Positions 37,450 to 51,584 of a stretch of DNA of 64,000 nt are shown one piece after another. Location: assembly GCA_047967505.1 (NCBI GenBank), contig CM106538.1. One strand, written 5' to 3'. A program made the translations under genes and the position numbers. This stretch comes from Dipteris shenzhenensis. Taxonomy: Eukaryota. Position 1 is the first letter of the stretch; every line of letters begins with the position of its first letter. The notes beneath the pieces are model-generated. The model was not told the DNA's origin and did no database searches. It was given only the letters and a program-made list of their open reading frames with translations.

Positions 37450-39545
37450 AAGCATCTAGCTCAAGTCCTAGCTTCTAGGAGATCACACTTGGAAATATAG
37501 ATCCTACTTGGGAATGCGCAGACATGTAAATGTGAACCACGCTCAAATCTGGAAAAGACAGCAAGATATGGCAACCAATAACAGAATAAAACGTCCAAGA
37601 GGACTCAAAATGCGTCACAACCTAGAGCACTCACAAACCACTGTGTGGACAGAGTGCTGCCCACTAGTGCTGGATCTGAGGCCACACAGTGTTGCCCTAA
37701 TCCACTGCTCTCTCCTGCTGCTGCGTGCCTCTGTTGAGAAGTGGCTATAGGAGGATCTTAAAACTCTGCGTCTGTCAGCACCCTTTCTGCTCCATGTGCA
37801 CTGGTTGAGCTCTTCACAATTGTGCAGTCCTACTGAATCTGCCAGTGCCTTTGCTGTCTTTACCTTCTTTGGTGCTCTGATGCACGTATAAGGGCTGGAA
37901 CAGGAATCATTGCTGCTGCTACCTTTCAGTGCCTTCTCTAGTCCCTACTGTGCACTTCTGGAGGGCTGCTCTGCAGTCTGCAGAGGGCTGCTCTGGAATG
38001 GTTGTGCCCTCCCCCAATGGAGGCCTTATATCCCTTGAAATGCTGACCCAGTCTGTAAATTTGGCTGACCAGGCGAGACCACTATTTGGGGGCCTATAAA
38101 ACCCCTTATTGGATGGTGTTTGCCCAGTCGTCCAACCCCCACACAGGGCTGTTTGTTGAGCCTTCTATCAGCCTCTACGCTCAGCCTTCTATCAGCCTCT
38201 ACGCTCCCGTCAGGTTCATGGTCAGTCCCAATGAATGGCAGATCCATGGCAGCCCTATGTGGACTATTCAGCCTGCTGTAGAGGGTCAAATAAAGCCCTA
38301 AGAAGTATTATCTATGCTGCCAACATGGCACCCTGTGTACCGCCCATGTGGCAGCCTCTTCTTCCCCCTTCCATGCTACAAATGTCATGCCCCCATGCTC
38401 TCCTCATTTGGAGGTTTACGAACAGGGAGTGGGCTCTGATTCTCTGACAATCCTTCAAAATCTGGCCGGCCTTAGCTGGGTGGTCTGCCTCCTCCCATTC
38501 TCAACACTATCTTGGTCAGCATATGTCACTATCTTACCTGTGGCATCCATCAGATTTTTGGGTTTCAGTTCTTCCCCTTTGGTGACCTTCCAAAATCTTT
38601 CTAGCCACTGTGTGGCTCCTTACAAAATCGAGTAGTTGGTCCTGTTCAGCTTGCTGCTGTCCCCAAAGTTAGGTAACGGCACCTTGAGGCCATTGGATAC
38701 TGAAAGAAACTAAAATGTCAACTGATAGCTAGCAACTCTGATCACCTTTTCCTGTTCTTGAAACACACCGTCTGACTTGACCTTCTGATCCACTCTCGTG
38801 TTGATCTGTTGGTCCTTGGAGCTTGATCACCTTCTAGGATCTTACACCTCAGAGTTGTGAACTGGCTCTGATACCATGTTGTAGAATATGTGTTCATGTA
38901 CTTCTACCTAGTCCTAGCTGCTAGTACCATGCAGCGGAAAATGGAGTTAAATTGCCCAAGAGGCCAGACTTGGGAAATGCTGATCCTACTCGGAAATGTG
39001 CAGACATACATGTAAATGTAAACCACGTTCAGATCTGGAATAGACAGCAAGATATGACAACCAATAACCGAATAAAACATCCAAGAGGGGAGTCAAAATG
39101 TATCACAAAATAGTGCACTCACAAACCACATTACGTGGACAGAGCAGGGTCCTGCCCACTAGTGCTGGATCTGAGGCCACATAGTGTTGCCCTAATTCTC
39201 TGCTCTCTCTTGCATGCCAATGTAGTGGCTCCGGGTGGATCTCGAACCTTTCCATCTGTCAGCACTCTCTAGTGCTCTGATGCAAGTATGAAGGCTCGAA
39301 CAGGAACTGGATTCCCTGCCTTGCTGCTGCTGCCTTTCACTGCCTCCTCTAGAGGGCTGTTCTGCAGTCTGCAGAGGGCTACTCTGGAATGGTCGTGCGC
39401 CCTCACAATGGGGGCTTTAGGGCAAGGAGCCCCTTGGACTGCTGACCAATCTGTAAATTTGGCCGACTGGTCTGCTGGAACAGCTGACCTGGTCTGTAGC
39501 AGACCAGCATTTGGGGACCCTGTAAACCCCCGTAAGGGCTGTCTC
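37450..39545 (-). mobile_element. Old non-autonomous LTR element (diverged direct repeats ~37460-38110 and ~38877-39545)
   Basis: Two clearly alignable but diverged repeats. GCTCTGATACCA (tRNA-iMet PBS on -) at 38865-38876 directly abuts TGTTG. Confidence 0.7.
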
Positions 39546-40045
39546 CATATTTGAAAGTTGTTACAATCATTTATTGCCTTCACAGCATGGAAGATCAATC
39601 TCTCTTTCAAGACTACAAGATCACTGGAACAAGGGTGCACACTGCAAATAACATGCCGCATGCAGCATTTTGACAGGTTTCTACTGCAATTGATTAACAT
39701 CAATGGGAAAGATGCACAGAATTCAAAATACGATCACTCACTAAATCACCAATTGGATGAAAAAAAGATGCACAATCATGTGGCAAATATGCAATCATAT
39801 TCATCATTGACCGGATTCAAGCTAAGAATTCTGTAGAAGATAAACACACAAAATGGACCAAAACAAAGATTTTCAACTTCATGTGGAGAGCCAACAAATA
39901 TAACTCCTCCCATGAACCACAAACATCAATCATACCCAGCTTCAAAAAGTTGAATGTGGTGTCCAATCCTGTGCTCTTGTCTCTACAACCCATGATATGA
40001 CTGCACGGCTCAACAAAAGTGAAATCAAATACGCAAATTGGTTTT

Positions 40046-40848
40046 TTACAGAATAAAATTTTTGATGTATTCAGGATCTCTCTTTGCTTTGTCTTGAAAC
40101 TTCTTGAACCATTGATCCAGAATATCCATAGGGACAACAAGCTTATTTGCATCAACTGTACAAAATGATTGCATGAAGTTGAAAAGGTTTTCGCCAACTT
40201 TCATTGCAAGTTTTTCAACTCTTTGTTGCTGTCCAACATTCAATACAGGAAGAGAAACCAAATCTTCGACAGATATCCCAATCTTAGCTGACAAGGGAGC
40301 AGCATCTGGTGCCATCAACTGCATTTGTCCTCCAGGGCTAGGCCACATCAAGGGTAAGACAGCTGAAGGACAGGCTCGGTGTACTGCACCACAGTACTGA
40401 AATGAAGATCCCGGAGACTGCACATAAACTGCCAAAGCTTTCTCTGGGTGTAAAGAAAACTCGTTTAGGAGGAAAATACAAATTTCTGTTACCCGATCAA
40501 ATGCTTCCCCTGCACAAACAGTAGAACAGGTCTATTTTAGAATAGCAGGACTCACCGATTTTTCAGTTCCATATGTTTTACACATTTGTAGCTTCACCTT
40601 TGAGCTCTGAGGAGGTTCTCATTACCATGAAACTGCTAATTTGATGCATTCAAGAACTGGGGTTACCTAATTCTAGTGAGAAAAGCTTCAAGCCCAAGAA
40701 ATGTTACTTGTTCACAGAACGGAATACAAGCACACAAAAACTTACCCACAAACAGATTCATGTCAAGCACCCAATGTGTAGGGTCAATTTGAGTGAAGCT
40801 ACTTGCATCCATGGGAAAACTTCGAGATGGAAAAAGCACACCAAACAT
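40046..40848 (-). CDS. OPI10: OPI10/Hikeshi-like (DUF775) protein, 2 exons, 188 aa
   Basis: Exons 40848-40746 and 40509-40046 with a GT-AG intron. Translation MFGVLFPSRSFP...WVLDMNLFVGEAFD...ICIFLLN...ALAVYVQSPG...SAKIGISVEDL...KVGENLFNFMQSF...WFKKFQDKAKRDPEY. Confidence 0.93.
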
Positions 40849-42899
40849 CCTAGAATAGCTTGCTTTCAGCTAGCTCCTCTGATCCTAATCCGGCAATAGT
40901 TGGACTCTCCGAAAATGTTAATAGACTCGAATGTTTGATACCGCCTTCTTTGTCGTGTAGCACGACAAATAGACTTCCTTAATTTCATAAATTCGTTTGC
41001 TCGCTAAGCACTGCCTTGAGTCACAACCACATTCGAAGAAAATCAATGAAGCAACTCTGTTTTGTGCCTGTAACAAAACTTCACACCTGTGCTTCACGTC
41101 CAGAGAATATTACACATTCCCTAAACGTTGCACGCAAAACTTTACAAAATGAAAACTCACCTCACGTTATGCTGACTAAATTTTTGACTGGGAACAAGGT
41201 CAGCAATTACCCAAAAGGGTCATGCATCCACACGTGCCCTGCATTCAAAGACGTAGAGCATAAAATACGTACGTGAAGCTTTGCCCTATAAAATAGTGGC
41301 CCACTGTTAACACAGGATAGAAAACGCAGTAAGAAACTGGAAGAGACGACTTTGCATCAGCATATGCATTGGCCATAGTAAGAACCTTTACCGTCTGGAG
41401 TCGCTGATTTAAGTATGCACTCACGTAGCAATGCATAGTGATCCAATCGTGAATACTTTGATGAGATCGGAATACAAGTGATCTAAAGATGGGCGCGATA
41501 CACAATCCTGACTTTAAGCAAGCTACAAAGACGCTTGGATGTCATTTTGGGACAGTATGAAGAGGTGGAAGCGAAAAAGGCATCGAATTCCAGTGACACA
41601 CCTAATGCAGCTGCCTGGAATGATGTCGAACGGCGTAGGCCGAGGCTCTAATAATTTTGCAGGACAGCTTAAGCTTCTCCTCTCAAACTTCAATACAATA
41701 TTGGGGAGAAGACACTAGAAGAGTCTCGGAGATAGCCAAACTACCAGGCAAATATATTGAGGCTCCTAACTTCAGGGGCTTCAAAAATGTATTAATCACT
41801 CGAAAAGATAGGTGATGATAACTTGCTTTATTTACTCCCTAATGTCAATACCCTCACCTTTATAAATGGCGAGCACTATGATATAGGTATGATCCACAAG
41901 GAGATAGATACCAAAGAATGTGGGACATATATCTATGATACCCAGGCTGAAATTCATGTTTGATTGTTGTTCATTAGCCCAACTTATGGACGTGCATGTC
42001 AAAATTGCTCAACTGATGGCATATAAAGAATCCCGGTTGATGGGAAAGCATGGTGATCAAGTAGCCAAAATTTAAAGGTGAGCCGCCCCATTTACAAACA
42101 CCTCCACCTCGTAAGGGAAGGCTTTCTATTTTTTACGCCCATATTTATTGCAGACTTTTAGAAGTTATCTATCTTTTGGATCCAATGCACATATTTAAGC
42201 ATGTTTCCAAAACCCTTTGAAAGCATGTGATCTAAGAAAAAGAGAATTGGAAGCAATGAGAGGACTTGAGTGTCATTGGAATAAAGGGGGGCATGTGGCC
42301 AATTGAGGTGAACGGGAATGTGGTGTTGCCAAAGGCACTGTGTGTTCCACTGAAAGATAATATGTCAAAAGTGTGAGTGTGAGCATGAAAACCCCAATAG
42401 GGCACGCACATGCTTTGAAGTGTGCATTTGTTACTAATAAAAGGCTAAGTGGTCTGAAGTCACATGGATAGCACAAGATGTTAGAGGTAACTATCACATG
42501 TTTGGTGCGTCTTATACATATATTCATAGAAGCAAAAAGAAAACAAGAGGAATAGGAATATCAAAGAGCTTTTAGAAGATTCAATAGAGAAGTTAGATAT
42601 TGAGAGGATTTATGTTTATTGCCAAGCAGATGTGCATCTGAATGGCTCCAAGATGCAAACAATAGAGGCTTGTCAAAGGAGAGAGATTGTGAGCAATATG
42701 GACCAAGGAATTGCCAAGGGATGTGAGCTTCACATAAGGAATGGTCTCCTCCTTTTATAGTTCTCTATTAGAGAAGTTGGAAATAGCTAGTTTTGATTTC
42801 TTTGAGATATTATTTTTCTTTTGATTTTATGTTCAACATAGTTCATTGAATGCAATGTAGTTACATGGTCACACTTTCATGTAGAGAACTTAGAAGGTT

Positions 42900-45021
42900 G
42901 ATGAGAAGCATAACACATTCGATCATGAATTTAAGGCAAATTTCTCCCAAGAGGGTCCAACTAGTGCAAGGGATACCCAAATAGGGAAAGTGATCTGGTG
43001 TTTACATATTGGGCATAAAATGGTTCAAAATTGTGTGTGAAGGGGCTTAAGCAAATGTGAGAAAAGATCAAATGGTCTATTTGCCATTGACTCAACCAAA
43101 TTGTGGGATGACCTTGTGGATACATTTGTGCTACCTCATCATTGCGAAGAGGTAAGGTACATACATCTTTTGCAGTATTTCTTATTTTGATAGTTTGGAC
43201 CGTAGATTTTGTGATTGTTGATGCACCTACGTTAAGGAAGAGATGCAAAATGTTACTGTAAGTGACATGGAAGCAAGCACTTCCAATGCACCTTACGAGC
43301 CGGTGGCTACACAATCTCCACAAGTTACTGACAATTTAAGTTCCTTGGACATTACTCTGAGCTAGATGTGAGGATTTAGTCTTAGGACATTCGAAGACTT
43401 AGCACATGATAATGTGGTTGCCATAAAGGGGTAGGAGAGATTACTTCCACTCATCTTGAGTACAACATATTCTAAGAGAAAGCAGAAGAGTTAGATATTA
43501 TCATGAAACTCTTCCTAATCAAATATCCTTGTGATGCATTATAGTAGCTACCCTCCTAAAGATAGGTGTCATGGTGTTTTGCATCTAGCACTAGAGTGGA
43601 CTTGGAAGCTGATGCAAGAAGGGAAATGTATTTGATAAGCTACTTGTTGATGACACCCATACATCTGTTAATGAATAGGTTATGCTATGCGACATCATAG
43701 GTGTTGAGAATGGCATCAGCTTTTGTGTCATTAAAAGAATCAATCCATGGGAGCTATGCAAAGGCATGGAGTTAATTCCACCTTAGCATATACTAGCTGA
43801 CAAAAATTTGATCACCTTCTTTCTAGAGAATCCAACTCACTGCATAGGCTATCTCTAGAATAGGGACTAATGAGCAAGGTGGCGGATTATACATCCAGCG
43901 AATAAGAGCTAACAACCAAGGTGGTAGACTGTACAGATCTAGCGAATACCTCTCATAGTGAGAAAAAAAAATCCTCCAAGCCAAGCCTTGTAGAAATGCT
44001 CTTGCCTTTATGCATCGCTCTAGAGCCCGGTGTCTCATGCTCCCAAATAGCATGTAGAATTAAGATGATATCCAGCCTAATGGGGCTGAAGTGGCTATTG
44101 GGAAAACCTCCCATCACTAAACTATAGCGGGCAAGCCAGATGTAACCAAGCAGTGATGCTGGACACCATTTCCCATACAATATTGGCGAAGGTGTAGAGT
44201 GCATGTGAGAGGAGGTGTTGCATTAAATGCATCAATCCTAACCACATGCTCTGGTATCTTCCCACGGCCATCACCCAAGTAAAGTCCCATGCATTTGTTG
44301 CATTTTTTGCACGTACCTGTCACTGATCAGATCCTCTACGTGACTGGGCATCCCCATACAAAGTTTAGATCATCTCCAACACTTTGTCTAGTTTGTCTAT
44401 ATAGTAGTGGCAGCAGCTGCCATACACCTGCATCTACTCTGGCTAGGGCCAATGGGCAAGCCTCATGCATGACCATCCACAAAAAGTAAGAAATATTATG
44501 TGGTATAAGGTTGGTCCACAAATGTGACCAAAAGCACGAGATGATGTCCTTGGGAACCTCCTCCTGTACCCAATGCTACTACCTCGAGACGGCCTAGACT
44601 ACTACTTGCAGCTAAGGATGCCAACCAATGTAGGTGGTGTATCAAATGAAGGGGCACATTCTCAACCTTGTTTGAGTGCCCTACCCAAGCGGGTCAGGAC
44701 CACTCACTTGGTTCCCATTAAATCTCTCTAACAGGCTGACCCTCTCATAACTAGAGCTGCCACTATGCACACTCTTGATGTGTCAAGACTATGTTAGGTT
44801 CTATAGTCCACACTCTCTCCAAACGGCCCACATCCTCAACCCTCTACCACTCTAGCAAATGATGAGGAGATTAGGAGCTATGTGGATGCTCCCAGAATGA
44901 AACAAGGATCATCCAATCAATCTCTATAATTTGTGTGCCTGCCCCCTCAGCTACTACAAGAGTGCTTGCACCAATGACTTGGTCTCCAGGGGGAGACATA
45001 TCCAGGTCCCAAATGACCTAG
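42900..45021 (-). mobile_element. L1-type LINE, 3' part (split by gypsy insertion)
   Basis: zf-RVT-like WTNLIPHNISYFLWMVMHEACPL at 44336-44521. Shares the TSD CCTAG with the segment resuming at 50413. Left limit approximate. Confidence 0.65.
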
Positions 45022-48000
45022 TGTTATGTCAGTCACGATAATCTCGGGAGTGTGGATATGGTGAAGTGGGAAGCCAGAGGGCTTGATAGTGCAATGGTGG
45101 ACACGCGAATTAATGCCTAGCATTATAGAAGGATGCCAAGAGGGGTCAAAAGATTAAGGTCCTTTGAAAGGACACTTGGCATAAAAGGGGTCCACATGTC
45201 ATGCACTGGGTTCAGGGGAGATTTCTAGAGACAGGCTCCATAAAGGAAGAAGACTAAGGGAACTCAAGGAAGCTCACGTATGACGTAGGAAGGAGCTCTC
45301 TGGGAAATCATGGCTGGGTGGAAGAATCTATAATGAGCCCTCTTTGTGGTGTCGTATCATTGGTATCAGAGCACAGTGAAGTATCACGACAGTTCAAGAA
45401 CACAACAAAGTCACCTGCAGTCTGCTGCAAAGAGGAAGGGGCACGCTTTCATGATATGCATGTAGCAGCACAGCAGTTTGGGGTCACAGGCGTAGAGACT
45501 TCCCTTCTCCAAGCATGGCATTAAAACATGTCTCTGGTGTCGTTTCTATTGGAGGGCCGTGTGGGCATCATTTCTACTGCTAATCTTTTTAGTCTACGGG
45601 GCCGTGCCAGCATCAATTTTGCTACTACTCAAAGGACTAGTCAGAAGTGACCACTGACCTTTAAGGGGCAACTTAGAGGCCTATGCAATGGTGAATCGGT
45701 GTCAGTGAAGTTTGTAGCTTCGATGATCTGCGAGCTCAGCTGTGTGATGCAAATCGATGAAGAAAGGACGGCAGTGCCAACACAGATGTTTTGGGGGGAG
45801 GCACTCTAAGGCCTTTGTAAATCTCACCTTCGCAATTTTCACGGCACTGGAGTTCAGACAGCCTTGTTGGGTGGCCGCATGTTTTGTGAAGTGTTGGAAG
45901 TTGGAATGCTATTTTGGCGATTGTCACGGACTAGTTTAGGTAACTAGTATATCTCTAGAGGAGTCTAGACTCTAGGCTTGATGCTTTGCTGAATCACGGT
46001 ACCTGCACACAACGGCTTTACAGTTGATACAAGATTTTGCCTCTTGAGGATCACATCTGTAGAGCTACAGAGATACATAGAGGCCGTTGCCACGCCATGC
46101 AAAGGTTTTAAAACCTTTACTCTTTAAAAAAAAAAAAGCCATGTCTCTCAAGGTCATAGACCTTTGTAAAAGCCATGTCACCATAGTCTTTTTACCCTCT
46201 CCACAGTATAAGACCTTCCTTTTTTCCCCCCCCAAAGGATCGAGGTCTTTTTCACCCCTTTTTCTCTTTCAAGATCCTAAGGTTCTCCAACCTTTAGCCT
46301 CGCCGATTTCAAGTAAAAGATCGACAAGTTCGAGATCCAAAGAAGGGAAAGAGCGGAATTAAAAGGCAAGTCCATGAATCAAAGAAAGCGAGACGACTTT
46401 TAAGACGAATCCAATGCCTCGAACTAATATCAGGGAAAGGGGCATCACATTTTTCTCTCTTACATAAAGTGCTTTTCTTTATAATTTCTGGAAAAAAATA
46501 CGTCTTTAAAATGACAACTCCAGAAAGGGATGGTATGATTAGGGAGGCCAAGGAAGGGGCTAGAAAGGGAAAAGCAATAGTTGGAGAGGAAACACTTGAG
46601 GGGGTACAAACTAAAACCCAAGAGAATAATGTGGAAATGGAGGATATTGATTATGGTGATTATAGAATTCAGTATCCGGAATTCACTTAACTTGAAACTC
46701 GAATGCAAAATATAGAAACACAGTTAGGGGTTATCAATGAAACATTAAAAACCCTAGCTGAAGCTATGACTAAGATAGTCGATTCCCAATCGGTATCTAT
46801 TACTGAAAAATCACCGATTCCTCCTAATCAAGTTGAGAGGGTTACCTCTCGACTTAGAGAAACATCAAACATCCTTAAGGACTTAAAACCACCAATTTTC
46901 AATGGGGAAGAAAAGGAGCATAATAAAGATTCGATTAATACGTTCTTGCAAAAGTGGCAAGACTTCCACTGACTCAGGAATACACCTCTTGAAAATCAAG
47001 TCGTGGAAGCAAGTCTTTCCCTTGGAAATAAAGCCTATAAATGGTGGATGAGCCTCAGGGAGAGTGATAGAGTTCCTAGATATTGGACTGAGTTTGAACA
47101 AGCCTTTCTAAAAGAGTTTTTACCCAAAAATGAATTACAAAGAGTGTGGGAGGCTTGGGACAATTGCACTATGGGTAAAAACACTCTAGTCTAGTACATA
47201 GTGAATTATAGGGAGGCAGTCCTTAAGCTGAAAGGAATTGATGAATTCGAAAAGATAAGGGGTTTCGTGAGAGGTCTCAAAGACACTTATAAGGTTGAGG
47301 TGAAAAGAAATTCTCCTAAAACCTTTAAGGAAGCCATTAAGTTCAAAGTTGGAACTTCAAAGCAAATAGGTTTTGTTCCAAACTTCAATAAATTTTCCAA
47401 TCTGAAAAGGAAGGGGCACTTTAAGAAGGAGGTTCCTCAGGCACCACCTAAGAAACCTCAAACACAAAATTATCCTCTCTTAAAGAAAGAGAATTATGAA
47501 AAGGCCAGGAGAGAAAATCTTAGCTTCAAATGTTTGGGCAAAGACCATGCTGCTTAGAACTACCCTAAAAATAAACCAGTGGGAGCTAAAGCCCCAAATA
47601 GACCTCCACAAAGACAAGTGCATGCGGTGCAAGTGTTGCCGCTTAATGGTACTGAAAAGTACACTAAGGTAGAGGTCTATCATGAGGATAGCACCCACAT
47701 GTGCTGTCTATCATCGGCAATGTGGCAGCCCACCTTTGGTCCTCATGATTTAATGAGGATGCATGGAAAAATTAAGGGGCAAAGAGTAAGAGTGATGGTC
47801 AATGATAGTGCAACACATAATTTCTTAAATTACTCATTAGTTAAGAAATTAAAATTGCCTGAGAGTCCCAGTGCCCATAAATATGTGGTCTCTTTGGTGA
47901 AGGGCAGTGATAAAAAAGTTTGGGACACCATGATATATGGTGTAGAGGTGGATATCTAAAAGAATTACAGATATTCTTCGGTTTGTCAGGATTCTATAGG

Positions 48001-50412
48001 AGATTCATCCAAGATTACGCTAAGATTGTTGTTCTGATGACGGACCAGCTTAAGGGGAAGGGGAGCACCTTCATATGGGATGAACCTCAAAAGAGAAGTT
48101 TTGAAAAATTAAAGGTAGCTATAGCGGCAGCTCCTGTCTTAAAAGTAGTGGATCCCAATGAACCATTCGTGGTTGAGATAGATGCTAGTGATTTTGCTAT
48201 TGGGGCGATACTTATACAAAAAGGTCGACCAGTGGCTTTTGAAAGCAAAAAGTTAGATCATGCCCAATGAAATTACTCGGCATATGAGAAGGAACTATAT
48301 GCTATAGTCTATGCTTAAAAAAAGTGGAGGCGCTATTTATATGGTGCAAAATTTGAGATCATCTTTGATCAAGAGAGCATAAAGTGGATTTGTAATCAGC
48401 CAGAGCTTAAAGGTAGAAAAGCTAGATGGGCTGAGTTAATGCAAGATTTTGATATACAATTGACATATAGGAAAGGGAAGTTTAATGTGGTAGCAGACTC
48501 TCTTAGCCGAATGCCAATTGCTAATGAATTGAGTTTTACTCAATTTCAGAATGATTTCCTAGAGTCCTTAAAGGGGAAATGTGAGTTTGATCCTCACTTC
48601 TCTGAAATATGGAAAGCAATAAAAAATAGGGATCCAACTAATTGAGAGGCTTTCACTGAGGAGTCGCATGGAAATGGTGACACACCATAGGTTGGTGATA
48701 AAGGACTCAAGTGGAAAAAATATACTATTGAAGATGGCTACCTGCTCTATAAGGGTAGAGTATGTGTCCCGGATGATAGACATTAGGCACCAAATCCTTT
48801 TTGAATGTCATGATAGTCCAAGTACTGGACACTCGGGAATTTAGAAGACATATGTACTTTTGAAAAGACAATTCTTTTGGCCTGGAATAGGTAAGGACGT
48901 CCAAGATTATGTATTAAAGTGCCAAAAATGACAGGTCAACAAGGCTGAACGCCTTGAGGTAGGAGGTCTCCTACACCCATTGGAGATTCCATCTGGCAAA
49001 TGGGAAAGCATCTCTTCATTGTGGGACTACCTAGGACACAGAGGGGGCACAACTATGTGTGGGTAATTGTGGATCGGTTGACCAAGATGGCTCATTTTAT
49101 TCCTATCAGTGAAGATGTTAAAACTCCAGAATTAGCTAGGCTATTTGTGGAGCATATCTATAGACTGTATGGGCTACCAATCGGTATTGTTAGTGACAGG
49201 GATAACAAATTTAACAACCATTTTTGGAGAGCTGTGTTTAAGAGGTTAGAAACTTCATTGAATATGAGCACCGCGGATCACCCATAGAGTGATGGTCAAA
49301 CTGAAAGGGTCAATCAGATCATTGAGGATATGCTTCAAGCATATGTAAGCAAACAGCAAACTAATTGGGAATAGTATTTGCCCATATTAGAATTTGCATA
49401 TAATAGTGCCAAACATTCAGCTACAGGTTTCAGTCCATTCATGATGATATATGGATTTCAACCTAGAGCCCCAACGACAATGGGACTCGAAAAAGAGAAG
49501 GTTCAAGCGGCCAAAGTCTTTCTTGATGATATGAATCAAACGCTTAAGTTAGCTAAAGATAGCATAAGAAGAACTCAAGATAGAGCACGAAGTTATGCAA
49601 ACCCCCACCATAGAAAGTTGGAGTTTTAAGTAAATGAGAAAGTCTACCTTAAGGTACCCGAATCTTCAGAATCTCTAAAGATAGGTAAATGTCTGAAGTT
49701 GTCCCCTAGGTATTGTGGACCATTCACAATACTTAAGAGGATTGGAGAACTTGCTTACAAACTAGCCTTACCTGAGGGATGTAGAGTACATCCAGTTTTT
49801 CATGTAAGTAGGCTAAAAAGAAAATTAGGAGATGATGATAATCTCATTGGAAATGAAGTCCTAGTTGAACTCATTGAACCTACATCTTTACCACATGAAC
49901 CAAAAAGAATTTTAGATAAACAAGAAAAAAAATGTGACATACTATATGGCAAGAATGTCTGGTTAAGTGGAAAGATAGATCTGAAGAGAGTTCAACACGG
50001 GAAAGGGTAAGTAGTCTCCAGAGGAGGTTTCCCAATTTTGTTTTCGAGGACGTAAACCATTCTTAAGGGGAAGGGGATGTTACGTCAGCCATAATCCCAG
50101 GAGTGTGGATATGGTGAAGTGGGAAGCCAGAGGGCTTGATAGTGCAAGGTTGAACACACAAATTAATGCCTAGCATTATAGAAGGATGCCAAGAGGGGTC
50201 AAAAGATTAAGGTCCTTTGAAAGGACACTTGGCATAAAAGGGGTCCACATGTCATGCACTGGGTTCAGGGGAGATTTCTAGAGACAGGCTCCATAAAGGA
50301 AGAAGACTAAGGGAACTCAAGGAAGTTCACATACAAAGTAGGAAGGAGCTCTCTGGCAAATCATGGCTGGGTGGAAGAATCCATGATGAGCCCTCTTTGT
50401 GGTGTCGTATCA
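45022..50412 (+). mobile_element. Ty3/gypsy chromovirus with both LTRs, RT core deleted
   Basis: LTRs 45022-45359 and 50078-50412 (TG...CA). TSD CCTAG on both sides, PBS TGGTATCAGAGC 45361-45372, PPT 50065-50077. Contains gag, protease (VMVNDSATHNF), RNase H (VEIDASDFAIGAIL), integrase (IVDRLTK, IVSDRD, DGQTERVNQ), GPF motif and a chromodomain-like end. Confidence 0.95.
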
Positions 50413-51575
50413 CCTAGTTTGACCACATCTGTAATGCAACCAACTGGTTGCTCCAACATGAGACCATTCTAACCTCAAGCCTCAGAGGGCAAATAAGTGG
50501 GTGCCACTCAAAATCCTTAGGACATGTAGGACTAGCCCAAATGAGTCCCCTAGACAAGTGCTGCCAAACCATGTGGAGACTCCTCATCAAGGGGGAGACC
50601 TTCCTTGTGAGGAGAGCCTCTAAAAAGATCCACTTGTGACTCTATTACCACTATCCTTTTGTAGAAGGTGTGTTCTGAAGAAGTCCCTACCAAAGAAAGA
50701 GCTTCCAGGGTCTGGTGTGTGGGGTGAGGCCTTGGACCACTAGCTTGCACCCAGGAGGGCTCTCCTCTACATCTTTAGATTGATGATTCCTAGCACTCTA
50801 GTGTGCCTATGGTAGGATCAATGTCTGCAATCGACCTTGGCTCTAGTGTTCCATGTACCATCAGAGCCTTCCCATAAGAATTTGCACAAGAAGCGCCTAA
50901 GATGACCCACGCATCCCTTGTGAAAGCACCAATCAGAGGCTATGTACCAGGTTGTGGTAAGGAGGACCTGGTGCACCAGGGCCTTGCCTGCTTCTAAGAT
51001 CCAATAGAGAAGATTACTCCGCACACTCTCTAAAACCAGGTCTATTTGTAGCTTCGCTAAAGTGTCTATTTCCATCAGAAACCAAGATATATCATTGTCT
51101 ATCCACACAGAATCGACCAAAAGCCGAGGGCTGCTTCCAATCACAAATCTAGACCTAATGTGTTGTGGTGGAAAGGAAGTTAACGGAGTTGGTCTAGTTC
51201 ATCCTAGCCCTAGAGGCCTTGTAGTATACAATGCTGCTTTTTCCACATATAGGGCCAAGACATCTGCAAACTAGAGCTCCTGCTCCTGTCAAATTGGGAG
51301 CCTCACTAGATGAGGCTATAGGCTAAGCACGCAAAAAGTAAACTAGCACCTTAACAAAGAGTAAAAGAAATGGGGGAGGCCACAACCTTGCCAAACCAAG
51401 CAAGAAAAATACAAGGCATCCCCCATGTTGACACGAATAAGATTTTACTAGAGCTTTCTACATATAAGCTTGATACCCCTTGGATCCATCTATTCGATAA
51501 GCCTATGTTTAGGGGTTCTAAGGCTCCAATGTTTTGGACATAGGTTATGCGCCAAACATATGGATTCAATGCACA
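50413..51575 (-). mobile_element. L1-type LINE, RT-proximal part
   Basis: ALVHQVLLTTTWY...RFLCKFLWEGSDG and WIQGVSSLYVESSSKI peptides. Confidence 0.75.
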
Positions 51576-51584
51576 TACTATTCA

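Noticed and set aside
41590-41670. C/D snoRNA-like segment upstream of OPI10
   Set aside because: Boxes are imperfect (ATGATGT, CCGA), with no terminal stem or recognisable rRNA guide.
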